Positions 50,409 to 59,738 of a stretch of 64,000 nucleotides of DNA are shown in pieces. The position numbers were made by a program, and so were the translations under genes. The stretch is taken from NCBI GenBank assembly GCA_000092065.1, contig CP000581.1. The stretch is one strand, 5' to 3'. Within the stretch, counting starts at the first letter, position 1. The number at the start of each line of letters is the position of its first letter. Source of the stretch: Ostreococcus lucimarinus (Eukaryota). The notes under the pieces were generated by a model that was not told where the DNA came from, searched no databases, and was given only the letters and a program-made list of their open reading frames with translations.

Positions 50409-51584
50409 CTACGTCTCGTGCGGTTTCGGTTCCTCCCCGTCGTCCTCGTCGTCGTCGTAATCCGCTGGGTCGAACGAAATCTCGGAAACTTTCGCCTTCT
50501 TTGCCGCCGCGTCGCCGGCGTCGTCGTCGATCCCCAGTTCTCGCTTCGCCTCACGCATCAGCGCTTGAGCCTTCTCGCTGCGCAAAAACATGTCGCGAAC
50601 CTTTTCATCGTTTTCATTCGCCACGCGCACGATGGCGATCGGGTTCGGGTCATCGTTCGCCCATCGAACGTTGAGCGGCTCGGCGTCGTCGCTCGTCCAC
50701 AGCGTCTGCCCCGCCATGGCTTCCTTCGCGAACTCCGCCGAGGCGCGAAATTTATACCGAACGAACGCGAATCGCCGCTCAAACTTCACCGTCACGTCTT
50801 CGATCGGACCGAACTCGCTGAACTGCGCCATCACCTCGTCGTACACCTTCTTCGCGCCCCACTTTGGATCCACGGCGCCGCCGAAGAACATGTACAGCGT
50901 TCGCCCGACGCGCATGTACGACCCCGTCCCTCCGTTATCGTCCCGCTCCGTGTGATGCTTCGGCCGCCCAAATATATCAAACATCATGTGATTCTTCGCG
51001 TCGTCGAACGCCGTGGGCAACCGATGCAAGTACTCGCACGCCTCGCCGCTCGTGCAGCACCCGCGCGCAAAGTGATAGCACACCGCCGTCGTCCCCGCGC
51101 CGTCTCCTTTCGTCACCCCAGCGTCCAAAATCGGCGCGCACCGCGTCACCGCTTTCACTGCCGAGTTAAAATCTCGCGCCGTCGTCCCCGATGACGTCGC
51201 GTGTTTCCCCCACCACACGTTAAAATCTCCCTTCGCCGCGTCGCTGCGGTGCCGAATCCTCGGCCCCGTCTCGGGGTCGTACTGCACTCGCGCCTTTCGC
51301 GACCGACTCACGCGTTCGCCCTCCTTGGTCCACATCTTCATCGAGAAATCGACGCCCGCGTCCGCGTCCGGGAGTTCGAACGCCGCGCGCGCCTCCGTCG
51401 CGTCGTCGTCGCCGTCGCCGTCGGCGGTGCCTCGCGCGTCGTCGTCGTCGTCGCGGCGTCCCGACGCGCGCGCGTCGCTCGCCTCGCGCGTCGCTCGCTT
51501 CGGCGGCGGCGGTCTCGCGCCTCTGTACACCTCCACCATCGCGCGCGGCGCGCGTCGCGGTGTGCGACGCCGCGCGCGACGCAC
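50409..51584 (-). CDS. Pre-mRNA splicing factor Cwc2/RBM22-like (torus domain + CCCH zinc finger + RRM)
   Basis: VQYDPETGPR..NVWWGKH. CCCH CYHFARGCCTSGEACEYLH. RRM TLYMFFGG...FAFVRYKFRASAEFAKEAMAGQTL. Confidence 0.8.
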   Translation of the reverse strand: MRRARRRTPRRAPRAMVEVYRGARPPPPKRATREASDARASGRRDDDDDARGTADGDGDDDATEARAAFELPDADAGVDFSMKMWTKEGERVSRSRKARVQYDPETGPRIRHRSDAAKGDFNVWWGKHATSSGTTARDFNSAVKAVTRCAPILDAGVTKGDGAGTTAVCYHFARGCCTSGEACEYLHRLPTAFDDAKNHMMFDIFGRPKHHTERDDNGGTGSYMRVGRTLYMFFGGAVDPKWGAKKVYDEVMAQFSEFGPIEDVTVKFERRFAFVRYKFRASAEFAKEAMAGQTLWTSDDAEPLNVRWANDDPNPIAIVRVANENDEKVRDMFLRSEKAQALMREAKRELGIDDDAGDAAAKKAKVSEISFDPADYDDDEDDGEEPKPHET

Positions 51585-51635
51585 GACGCGGCGTCACATT
51601 TCGCCGCGCATTCGCGCGCGCCGATCGACGACGAA

Positions 51636-53405
51636 ATGCTCACGCTGCTGCGCGCGTCCAAGTCGCCCGAGGCGCGCGCGCCGCGCGGACGCGCGAACGA
51701 AGCGCAATCCACGCCCGGACCGTCCGGGAACGACGACGCGATCGACGACGACGACGGGAGCGACGCGAACGATGCGGACGCGGCGACGAAAGATGACCGT
51801 TTGGCGGGAAAACGAAACGACGGCGCCGAGGACGACGCGCGACGCACGGCGCACGTCATCGACGGCGATGGAAGGTCGTGGTCGAGACAGAACGTGCGCA
51901 CGGCGACGCTGGTGTACGATGGGGCGTGCGCGGTGCGGGTGCGGGAGGGCGAAGACGGCGCGCGAGGACGAGCGAGCGAACGGCGCGTCGACGCGCGGGT
52001 GCGCGTGATGGTCGGCCCGGGATCGGCGTCGATCGGGGAATCGGACGCGGGACGGGAGGAAGAGACGTCGAGTCAGGCGTCGAGGATGCTGCGCGTGCAC
52101 GTGTCGAGCGATGAGGATCCGTTTTTTTATCACGCGATGGAAGTGCGGGAGGAGGATTACGGGCGGTTGCGCGCGGAGCAGCGCTTGGTGGTGAACTTTG
52201 ATGAGTTCCCGCGCGCGTTGGTGCGGTTGATTCGCGCGTGCGACGGCGCGAGTGGGGTTGGGAAGAAGAAGGATGTGTATTGCGTGCTGGAGACGCCGTC
52301 TGAGTCGTCGGCGTCGACGCTTTCGATCGTGGAGACGAATGAGTTTAATCAGTTTACGCACGTGGCGCTCAAGTTTAAGCCGGCGTCGGATCGAGCGGCG
52401 AAACGTATCCTCGCGGGGCTTTTGCTGGATGCCAAGGATCGCGAGAGAGAGTTGAAACGATTTGAAACGCTCTATCGCGAGTCGCAAGACGCCCTCGAGA
52501 TCGCGCGCGCGAAATCTCTCGAGGCGCAGATGAAGTACGCCGAGTCGTCGGCGAACGGCAAGCGAGAAATCTTGGACGAACTCGAACGCTCGAGGGAGCG
52601 TTACGAGGCCGACAAGCGCGAGCTGCGCAAGCGCATCGATGATATTTCTAGCGAAAAGTCCGAGACGGAGCGCGAGAAGTTTGCGGCGCAAAATAAAGTG
52701 AGCGAGTTGGCGACCAAGCTCGGTTTGATCGAGGGCGAACTCGCGATCACCAAGCGCGAGTTGCAACGCGTGCGAGAAGAAAACGCCGCGCTCGACGCCG
52801 AAGTTCACGAGCGCGACAAGGCGCACAGCTCGCGCGCTTTGCGCGTCGAGTGGCTCGAGAAACAGCTCGAAGATAAGGAGGAAGTGATCGAATTATTAAA
52901 GTCCAGACTCGACGCGAGCGAAGAGCACAAAGTCGCCCTCGCGAGTTCGTGGGAGCAAGCGCGTCGCGCGCTCGGCAAGGCGGAGGAGCGCGTCGCGGCG
53001 AGCGCGGCGGAGATCAACAAAGGCAACGGTATCATCGAGGATTTACAAAAAGAGGTGCGCGCGGCGAAGAGCAAGACGAAGATTCAAACCGCCGTCATCA
53101 AAAGACAAGAAGCCTTGCTCGAGGAGCGTCTGTCCAGCGTCAACGTCGCCGCGGGCGAGCGCGCCGAGGCCTCCCTCGAGCAACGCGAACTCGCCGCCGC
53201 CAACGCCGCTCTGCGCGACGAAAAAGCCGCGCTCTCCCAAAAGCTCGCCGAATCCCACGCTCTGTTACAGAGCAATCAACAAGTCATCGAATGGCTCAAC
53301 GCCGAGCTCACCGACGCGACCGCGGGTCGTCCCGTCGCCGCCTTCGCGTCGTCCGCCGCCCCGCGTTCGCCCCTCATCGATCTCTCCTCCCCGAGCCCGG
53401 CCTAG
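51636..53405 (+). CDS. SAS6: Centriole cartwheel protein SAS-6 (Bld12-like)
   Basis: PISA-motif region SDEDPFFYHAMEVREEDYGRLRAEQRLVVNFDEFPRALVRLIRAC aligns with human SAS-6 [45 protein letters not shown]. A roughly 350-aa coiled coil follows. Confidence 0.8.
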   Translation: MLTLLRASKSPEARAPRGRANEAQSTPGPSGNDDAIDDDDGSDANDADAATKDDRLAGKRNDGAEDDARRTAHVIDGDGRSWSRQNVRTATLVYDGACAVRVREGEDGARGRASERRVDARVRVMVGPGSASIGESDAGREEETSSQASRMLRVHVSSDEDPFFYHAMEVREEDYGRLRAEQRLVVNFDEFPRALVRLIRACDGASGVGKKKDVYCVLETPSESSASTLSIVETNEFNQFTHVALKFKPASDRAAKRILAGLLLDAKDRERELKRFETLYRESQDALEIARAKSLEAQMKYAESSANGKREILDELERSRERYEADKRELRKRIDDISSEKSETEREKFAAQNKVSELATKLGLIEGELAITKRELQRVREENAALDAEVHERDKAHSSRALRVEWLEKQLEDKEEVIELLKSRLDASEEHKVALASSWEQARRALGKAEERVAASAAEINKGNGIIEDLQKEVRAAKSKTKIQTAVIKRQEALLEERLSSVNVAAGERAEASLEQRELAAANAALRDEKAALSQKLAESHALLQSNQQVIEWLNAELTDATAGRPVAAFASSAAPRSPLIDLSSPSPA

Positions 53406-53525
53406 GCGCCGCACCGTCGCGCGTGTATTAATCCATCTGACCCTCCTCTCCCATTTCGCGCGACTCGATCGCGTCCGCGCCTCTCCGCGCCTCGCGCGCC
53501 TCTCCCCGCGCGTCCGCGTTCGGCT

Positions 53526-53665
53526 CGATCGATCGATCGATCGATCGATTCGAACCCGCTCGTTTTGTTTCCCCTCGCCGCGCGCGCCCCACTCACGAAC
53601 GCTCGACGCGCACGCGCACCCGGTGCGTCCGTCGCGGCGACGCGACGCGACGATCGCGCGCGTCT

Positions 53666-53710
<45 letters not shown>

Positions 53711-53769
53711 AAAGGCGGCGCATCGCGAACGCGCGCGGACGCGTCGAATGCGAATGCGAATGCGAATGC
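53526..53769. repeat. Cluster of microsatellites: (CGAT)n 53526..53549, (GCGAC)7 53671..53706, (GAATGC)4 53746..53769
   Basis: Read directly from the sequence in the 700-bp spacer after SAS-6. Confidence 0.9.
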
Positions 53770-54128
53770 GCGCGCGACGACGCGCGACGGTGGAGCCGAC
53801 GCGCGGGAACGCGCGAACGCGAAGAAGCGAGGACGGTGGAGACGCGCGCGACGCGCGGGCGAGGGAGGCGCGGACGCGCGCGCGCGGGACGACATCGATG
53901 GGCGATGATGGGGGAAATTTGAATTCGAGGGCGCAAACGGCTTGTTTTTGACGGGCGACGGGGGGCGGAGGCGCGCGCGCCGCGGAACGGCGCGATCGCG
54001 GACTCGGGGAGGGGCGCGAGACGAAGGGGGGGGAGCGCGAGGCGCGGACGCGGGATTACGACTGACGGTGCTCGCGCGGACGTCCTCGGACGTCGCGACG
54101 CGTTCGTCTCGCGCAGTTTAAACCAGAC

Positions 54129-54560
54129 ATGAAACACGCCGCCAAGGTCGCCGCGAAGAAGGCGCTCACGAAGATGGATTCCCCGCTCGCGCTCGTCGCG
54201 GGCGTGACCGTCGGGATTCTTGCGCTCGGTATCGTCGTGCAAGTGTTGCTGATCGTCGCGTCCTTGTTCACGGGCAAGAGCGCTGCGGGCGAGCGACCGA
54301 AGCGCGACCGCAAGCCGACGCCGAAGGCGCTCGAAGCCGCCCCGGCGGCGCGCGCCGCCAAGAAGGCGGCCCCGGCGAAGAAGGCGTCCTCTAAGAAGGC
54401 GACTCCCACCAAGCCGTCTCCCGCCAAGAAGGCGGCCCCGGCGAAGAAGTCCTCGTCCAAGAAGTCTGCGGCCAAGCGGACGCCGGCGAAGAAGTCCTCG
54501 TCCAAGGGCCTCGCGAGCCCGCGGCGATCGTCTCGCACGCCCACCAGAAAGACCCGATAA
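54129..54560 (+). CDS. Small single-pass membrane protein with a histone-H1-like Lys/Ala/Pro-rich (AKKAAPAKK) C-terminal tail
   Basis: MKHAAKVAAKKALTKMDSPLALVAGVTVGILALGIVVQVLLIVASLF (TM), then KKAAPAKKASSKKATPTKPSPAKKAAPAKKSSSKKSAAKRTPAKK. High GC3. AT-richer 3' flank with TGTAA. Confidence 0.6.
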   Translation: MKHAAKVAAKKALTKMDSPLALVAGVTVGILALGIVVQVLLIVASLFTGKSAAGERPKRDRKPTPKALEAAPAARAAKKAAPAKKASSKKATPTKPSPAKKAAPAKKSSSKKSAAKRTPAKKSSSKGLASPRRSSRTPTRKTR

Positions 54561-54947
54561 ACGCGCATTTGTATTCCGAGGTTGGGTCCGTCTTGGTCCA
54601 TGAAATAGGACAGCGATGGGAGTTGGTTGCGCTCTTACGCGTGTAAGAGTCGAGGCGAGATTTTAAGTGGTGTAGGAGGAGTTCAAATGACGACGCGCGT
54701 TCGGGGAAAGTCGAACGCGCGTCGTCGCTGTCTGTAAATTCACCGTCGTCGTGACGCGTAGGTATCTAGAAACTTACCGCGTTTAGAATATTCACTGTTA
54801 TATCACTCACATGTTGGCGTGCACGGAGTACTCGACGAGAACGCGACGAACGAATGAGCGCGCGCGCGACGGCGCGGGGTGACACGATTTCTAAGCGTTG
54901 GATTGCAAGTGAAATTCTCGACAAGAAATGTAGTGACCGCGCCCCGT

Positions 54948-56042
54948 TTACATCACCTTGAGGTGCTCGTACTTGGTGGCGTCGAGGCCGAGGTTAGCCA
55001 TCAGCGCGTTCCAACGGGGCGGTTCCTCGTCGAAGACGTAGGTGAGCGGGAACGTCAAAACGCCGCTGCCGCCCATTCCTCGCAACTTCTTGACGGTTTC
55101 ATAAATACGAGACTTTGGCACGGCCACGGAGACCGCGTAGTACTCGCCCGCCTTTCCAGAACCGTCCGGTTGCGGCGTGTACACCGGCGCAATCGTGGGA
55201 CCTTGTAAACCGCGCAACGTCGCCGCGCTGTTGAGCTTAGCCGCCACGGCTTCCGGAGAATCGCCGCGGACGTTCGCCGTCACCATGAACAAACTCTCGG
55301 CGCGCAAGTGAGCCTCAAGACGCTCGAGAAGTTCGTGAACGATCTCTAACAAACCTTCGCGTTTCAGCAAAGCCTCCCTGGACGCGACCAAAACCCCTTG
55401 ACTGTCGAGCACGCGCCCGCCCTCGATCTCCTTCAAGTTGTTCTCTCGAAGCGTCGTCCCGCTGCTAACCAAATCGAGAATGCAGTCGGCGGCGCCCATC
55501 GCCGGCGCCGCCTCCAACGCACCGTCCGCGGTGGTAATTTCCACGTGTTCGAACCCGATATCCTCGAAGAATTGCTTCGCCACGCTCGGGTACGCGGTGA
55601 CCACGCGCAACGGACGCGCCGGTCCCCACTTCGGGAGCGCCATCAACTCTCGCATGCTGTTAATCTCGTCCCACGCCTGCGGGATCGCCACGGCGAGGTG
55701 GCATCCACCGAACCCGAGCGCATCGTGCACGATGACAATGTCATCGTCACCGTACGCGATCTCGGCGAGCATATCGTACCCGACGATGCCGACGTCGATG
55801 TCGCCCGAAACAATCTTGCGCACCACGTCCGTGGCGCGTTGAAACCAAACCTCCATTCCCGGCACGCTCGGGATCTCCGCCGCGTACTGTCGCGGGTTCA
55901 ACTTTTTCACCGGTAACTGACACGTCTTCAACAACGCCTGCGTGTCTTCAGCCATGCGACCCTTGGAAGGAATGCCCATCCGGATCGACGACCGCGACTC
56001 CACGGGTTTGCGAAACGCTGCGCGCGAACCCACGCGCTCCAT
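54948..56042 (-). CDS. HISG: ATP phosphoribosyltransferase, long (plant/bacterial HisG-L) form
   Basis: Collinear with HisG: MGIPSKGRM, DIDVGIVGYDML, RVVTAYPSVAKQFF, LDLVSSGTTLRENNL, and the C-terminal regulatory domain. Confidence 0.92.
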   Translation of the reverse strand: MERVGSRAAFRKPVESRSSIRMGIPSKGRMAEDTQALLKTCQLPVKKLNPRQYAAEIPSVPGMEVWFQRATDVVRKIVSGDIDVGIVGYDMLAEIAYGDDDIVIVHDALGFGGCHLAVAIPQAWDEINSMRELMALPKWGPARPLRVVTAYPSVAKQFFEDIGFEHVEITTADGALEAAPAMGAADCILDLVSSGTTLRENNLKEIEGGRVLDSQGVLVASREALLKREGLLEIVHELLERLEAHLRAESLFMVTANVRGDSPEAVAAKLNSAATLRGLQGPTIAPVYTPQPDGSGKAGEYYAVSVAVPKSRIYETVKKLRGMGGSGVLTFPLTYVFDEEPPRWNALMANLGLDATKYEHLKVM

Positions 56043-56449
56043 CGGCGCACTTTTCGTCAGTCTCCGCGCTCGCGCGTCGTCACCGCCCCACCCTCACCCC
56101 GCGTCCGCCCTTCCCATCGCCGGAATCCGCGCGAACCACCCCATCGACCTCCCGCGCGCCGTCGCCGATCCGTCCTATCCACTCCCGCGTCGTCTCGAAT
56201 CGATCCCTCCCCCCCCCGCGCCTCCTTCTCGCCTCGTCCTCGCGATCGCGCGTCGCCTCGCCATCGATTCGCCTCGCCTCGACGCACCCTTCCCGTTCGC
56301 CTTCTCCGTGCTCTTGATGCTCGCCGTCGTCGCGCGTCGTCGCGCCGTCGCCGCCGTCCATCGCGTCCCGCATCGCATCGCGCGTCGCGTCGTCGTCGTC
56401 GCGCATCCGTACGACGTCCTCGCGCCGAGCGTCGCCGTCGCCGTCGCCA

Positions 56450-56487
<38 letters not shown>
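56450..56487. repeat. (GTC)n trinucleotide repeat in the HisG/nucleoside-hydrolase divergent promoter
   Basis: About 12 uninterrupted GTC units. Confidence 0.9.
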
Positions 56488-56773
56488 CCGCGCGCGCGCC
56501 GTCGTCGCGGTGTGTCGCCGTCGCGCGTCGGCGAGGCCCCTTCGCGCGCGGGTTTCCCGCGCGCGCGCGTCTCGTATTCCACGCGCGCCGAGCCCATGTA
56601 GCGCGCGCGCGTCACATACCGTGAACGATCACCCGAAGGCGACGAACCGCGCCGATAAATGATAAATACGCTGCGCATAAAATAAAACACACCGCGCGCG
56701 GCGCTGACGGTCCGCCGTCGCGACGCTTTTTCGTCGCGGCGTCGGACGACGGCGCGCGACGCCCCTTCGCGCG

Positions 56774-58033
56774 ATGGCGCGCGCGCGCGACGCGCGACGG
56801 CGCGAGGCGATGGCGACGATCGCGCGCGCGACGACGACGCGACGCGACGGCGACGACGGACGGTCGATGTGGGTGGATTGCGACCCGGGACACGACGACG
56901 CGTTCGCGCTGTACCTCGCGCTGCACGGGACGGCGGAGCGCGCGCGCGTCTTGGTCGGCGCGTCCGCGACGCACGGGAACGCGAGCGCGGGAAAGACGAC
57001 GGTGAACGCGCTGCGCGCGCTGGCGTGGATCGGCGCGCGGGCGTCGCGAGACGGGGGGGAAGAAGGGGGGCGCGGGACGCGGGACGCGCGACGCGTGGCG
57101 TTCGCGGCGGGCGCCGAGAGGCCGTTGCTTCGCGCGTCGAGCGCGTGCGAGGAGATTCACGGCGAGAGCGGGTTGGATTCGGCGAGCGCGACGGATGCGC
57201 TGGAGGAGTACGCGTGGGGAGAGGACGAGAGAGATTGGATGGGGGCGGGCGGGATCGAGGCGCTGTTTCATCCGCGCGCGAAGACGGCGGCGGAGGCGAT
57301 GTACGACGCGTTCGTGCGGCACGTCGAAACTTCGGGAAGAGGACGGCCGTTCGTCGTCGTCGCCACGGGGCCGTTGACGAACGTGGCGACGATGATTCTC
57401 GCCAAGCGTTCGCAGATTGATTTATTTCCCGACGAATGTCGACCCGTAATTTTTTGCATGGGCGGCGCCGTCGGCGACGGCAACACCGGCGCTCGAGCGG
57501 AGTTCAACATTCAGTGCGATCCCGAAGCGGCGAAAATAGTCTTCGAGAGCGGTTTGCGAGTCTACATGATACCGCTCGAGGTGACGCACACGGCGATCGT
57601 CACCCCGAGCGTTCTCGACAGCTTGACCACCGGTGGTCATTTCGACTCCGGCAAAGCGGGCGCGAGCGCGCACGCCAAGCAAATCAGATCGCTCTTGACA
57701 TTCTTCAAGGACACGTACGAGAACGTCTTCGATTTCAAGACGGGACCGCCTTTACACGACCCCTGCGCCGTGTGGGCTGCGATTAATTTTATCGAGGGCG
57801 CCACGTACGATGAATCCGAAACGGACGATAGATTTCGAGACTTGTTCGAATTCACGCACGAACGCGTCGACGTCGAGTGCGAGTCGCGACTGACGTACGG
57901 CCAAACCGTCATCGACCGCTGGGGGACGAGCGCCGAGCCGAAGAACGTGTACGTCGCGAGAAGCATGAACGTCGATCGCTTTTGGGAAGCCATGCGCGAC
58001 GCGATTCAGCACCGTTTGAGCTGGATGTCTTAG
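56774..58033 (+). CDS. Inosine-uridine preferring nucleoside hydrolase (IUNH family)
   Basis: N-terminal Ca-binding signature MWVDCDPGHDDAFAL, catalytic region, and C-terminal ..TGPPLHDPCAV.. Confidence 0.85.
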   Translation: MARARDARRREAMATIARATTTRRDGDDGRSMWVDCDPGHDDAFALYLALHGTAERARVLVGASATHGNASAGKTTVNALRALAWIGARASRDGGEEGGRGTRDARRVAFAAGAERPLLRASSACEEIHGESGLDSASATDALEEYAWGEDERDWMGAGGIEALFHPRAKTAAEAMYDAFVRHVETSGRGRPFVVVATGPLTNVATMILAKRSQIDLFPDECRPVIFCMGGAVGDGNTGARAEFNIQCDPEAAKIVFESGLRVYMIPLEVTHTAIVTPSVLDSLTTGGHFDSGKAGASAHAKQIRSLLTFFKDTYENVFDFKTGPPLHDPCAVWAAINFIEGATYDESETDDRFRDLFEFTHERVDVECESRLTYGQTVIDRWGTSAEPKNVYVARSMNVDRFWEAMRDAIQHRLSWMS

Positions 58034-58354
58034 CGAGCGCGCGTCCGCGCGCGCGCTCGATAGCGCCGCGCCATCCGACCCGATTCGCGAGTTGCGCGCG
58101 GAACACAGGAAAGGCAAGAATAGGTCGTGGTAAAACGAATGTAGCACATATTTTTTTTTACAAAAAGTGCGTCTGTGGCTCCTGCTCCCGCAGAGCCCAC
58201 CGCTGTGGACAGCTGTGGACGACGTCGTCGCGAGCCCGCGCGCGCGCCGCACACTCGCGCGACGACGACCGCCATTCGCGCGCGAACTCGACCCGAACTC
58301 TCGCGCGCGAGCGTCGCCGCGCGTCCGCGGCGCGCGCGGCGCGAGGCGCGCGCG

Positions 58355-59362
58355 ATGACGCGCGCGGGCGACGACGACGTCGACGCGCGCGACTCGGCGC
58401 GCGAAGAGACGACGAGCGCCGGCCGCGCGCCGAGTCGCGTGCTCGTCGTCGGCGGTGGACGCGTCGGCGCGTACCTCGCGCGCGCGTTTCGACGAGGCGA
58501 GGTCGAGCGCGTGGCGCTGAAGACGTCGAACAGGGCGGCGCGGGCGGGGGACGAGACGCGGGAAGCGGCGCGCGTCATAGCGAGCGACGCGGGCGCGATC
58601 GTCATGTCCACCTACGATGGACTGACGACGGAGGAGGAGAGACATTTTGATTTTATTTTCATCGCGGTGAAGACGTACGCGCTTGAGGCGGTGAAGCGAG
58701 AGCTCTCGGAAGCCGGGATTACGTTTGATAACGTCGTGTTGGCGCACAACGGCATCGTGGCGCCGATGTTCGATGAGAATAAATCGACGCGGGCGGTGAT
58801 GCCGCAGTCGTGGGACATCGTCGAGACCCCTGGAGTTGGGTGCGGGTACGACATACACGTGAAGAATGAAGACAAGCCGTGGGTGATGCCGAACACGGCG
58901 GGAGGACGCGCCACGCGCGCGTTGTTGCAAAAGTGCGGCGTACTGAGCGACGCCACCGATGAGTTCGAGTACTTACTCCTTCGTAAATATTTCATCAATG
59001 GCGTCGCGAACTTACTCGCGATCGTGGGCGATTGCAACTGCGATGGCTTGCTGCAGCATCATCGCGAGACGATGGAGACGCTGTACGACGAAATGTTGGA
59101 AATTTTACGAGTCCCGCACGCCGACGGCTTCGCCCTCGCCCCAGAGAATTTCCGCGACGTCGTCTTCGCGGGTTTAGCGACGTACCGAGACCACTTTCCA
59201 TCGACCAAGCTCGATTTCGACGCGGGCGCGAAGCTCGAGATCGATAGTCTCAACGGATACGTCGTCCAGCGCGCCAAGGAGCAGGGCCTTCCGTGCGCCG
59301 CGCACGAACGTCTCATCGAGCAAGTCAACGCCCTCGTCGCCGCGCGCGACGGTAAATCGTAA
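58355..59362 (+). CDS. 2-dehydropantoate 2-reductase (ketopantoate reductase, ApbA/PanE) family protein
   Basis: Rossmann VLVVGGGRVGAYLARAF. FIFIAVKTYALEAV. C-terminal domain ..DSLNGYVVQRAKEQGLPCAAHERLIEQVNALV. First ATG at 58355 (the track start 58175 is upstream in-frame non-ATG). Confidence 0.8.
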   Translation: MTRAGDDDVDARDSAREETTSAGRAPSRVLVVGGGRVGAYLARAFRRGEVERVALKTSNRAARAGDETREAARVIASDAGAIVMSTYDGLTTEEERHFDFIFIAVKTYALEAVKRELSEAGITFDNVVLAHNGIVAPMFDENKSTRAVMPQSWDIVETPGVGCGYDIHVKNEDKPWVMPNTAGGRATRALLQKCGVLSDATDEFEYLLLRKYFINGVANLLAIVGDCNCDGLLQHHRETMETLYDEMLEILRVPHADGFALAPENFRDVVFAGLATYRDHFPSTKLDFDAGAKLEIDSLNGYVVQRAKEQGLPCAAHERLIEQVNALVAARDGKS

Positions 59363-59513
59363 TCGTCATATTCATGTAGCTAAGTCCACCGTTTGTTCAC
59401 GCGCGCGCGCGCGCATCGCGACTTCACCGCTCGATTCTAGCGTCGCTCGGCGCGACAGCCGCGCTTCAAACGCGGCGCGACCGCACTTCGAGCCTCGCGA
59501 CGACCGCCGGCGC

Positions 59514-59681
59514 ATGCCGAACCCGTCGCAGCCTCCATCCGTTTTCCGCATCGCCGCTTTCACGCTCATCGGCGCCGCGATCGGGTTCTACGCGCAGAAC
59601 GAGATCGAACGCGACTACAAAGACAAACAGTTGGCTGCGTACGAAGAATATCTCGAGCGTCGCGCGAAAGCGAAGAAATAA
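59514..59681 (+). CDS. Small (55-aa) single-TM protein ORF not present in the supplied ORF track
   Basis: atg..taa in frame: MPNPSQPPSVFRIAAFTLIGAAIGFYAQNEIERDYKDKQLAAYEEYLERRAKAKK. High GC3. It ends 57 nt before the PP2C start codon. Confidence 0.4.
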   Translation: MPNPSQPPSVFRIAAFTLIGAAIGFYAQNEIERDYKDKQLAAYEEYLERRAKAKK

Positions 59682-59738
59682 TCGCGCCGTCGTTCGCGCG
59701 CGCCGCGTCGACGCGTCCCGACGTCGAAGCGCGTCGAC

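Noticed and set aside
53530-53565. GGGTTCGAATCG on the minus strand resembling a tRNA T-arm
   Set aside because: No complementary stem, no acceptor stem or anticodon arm. It is part of the (CGAT)n microsatellite. No tRNA genes could be supported anywhere in the window.
56175-56690. Poly-Thr ORF upstream of and in frame with HisG on the minus strand, as a possible transit-peptide exon
   Set aside because: It is separated from HisG by an in-frame stop with no plausible splice signals. The poly-Thr arises from reading the (GTC)n microsatellite. HisG already has a short N-terminal leader.
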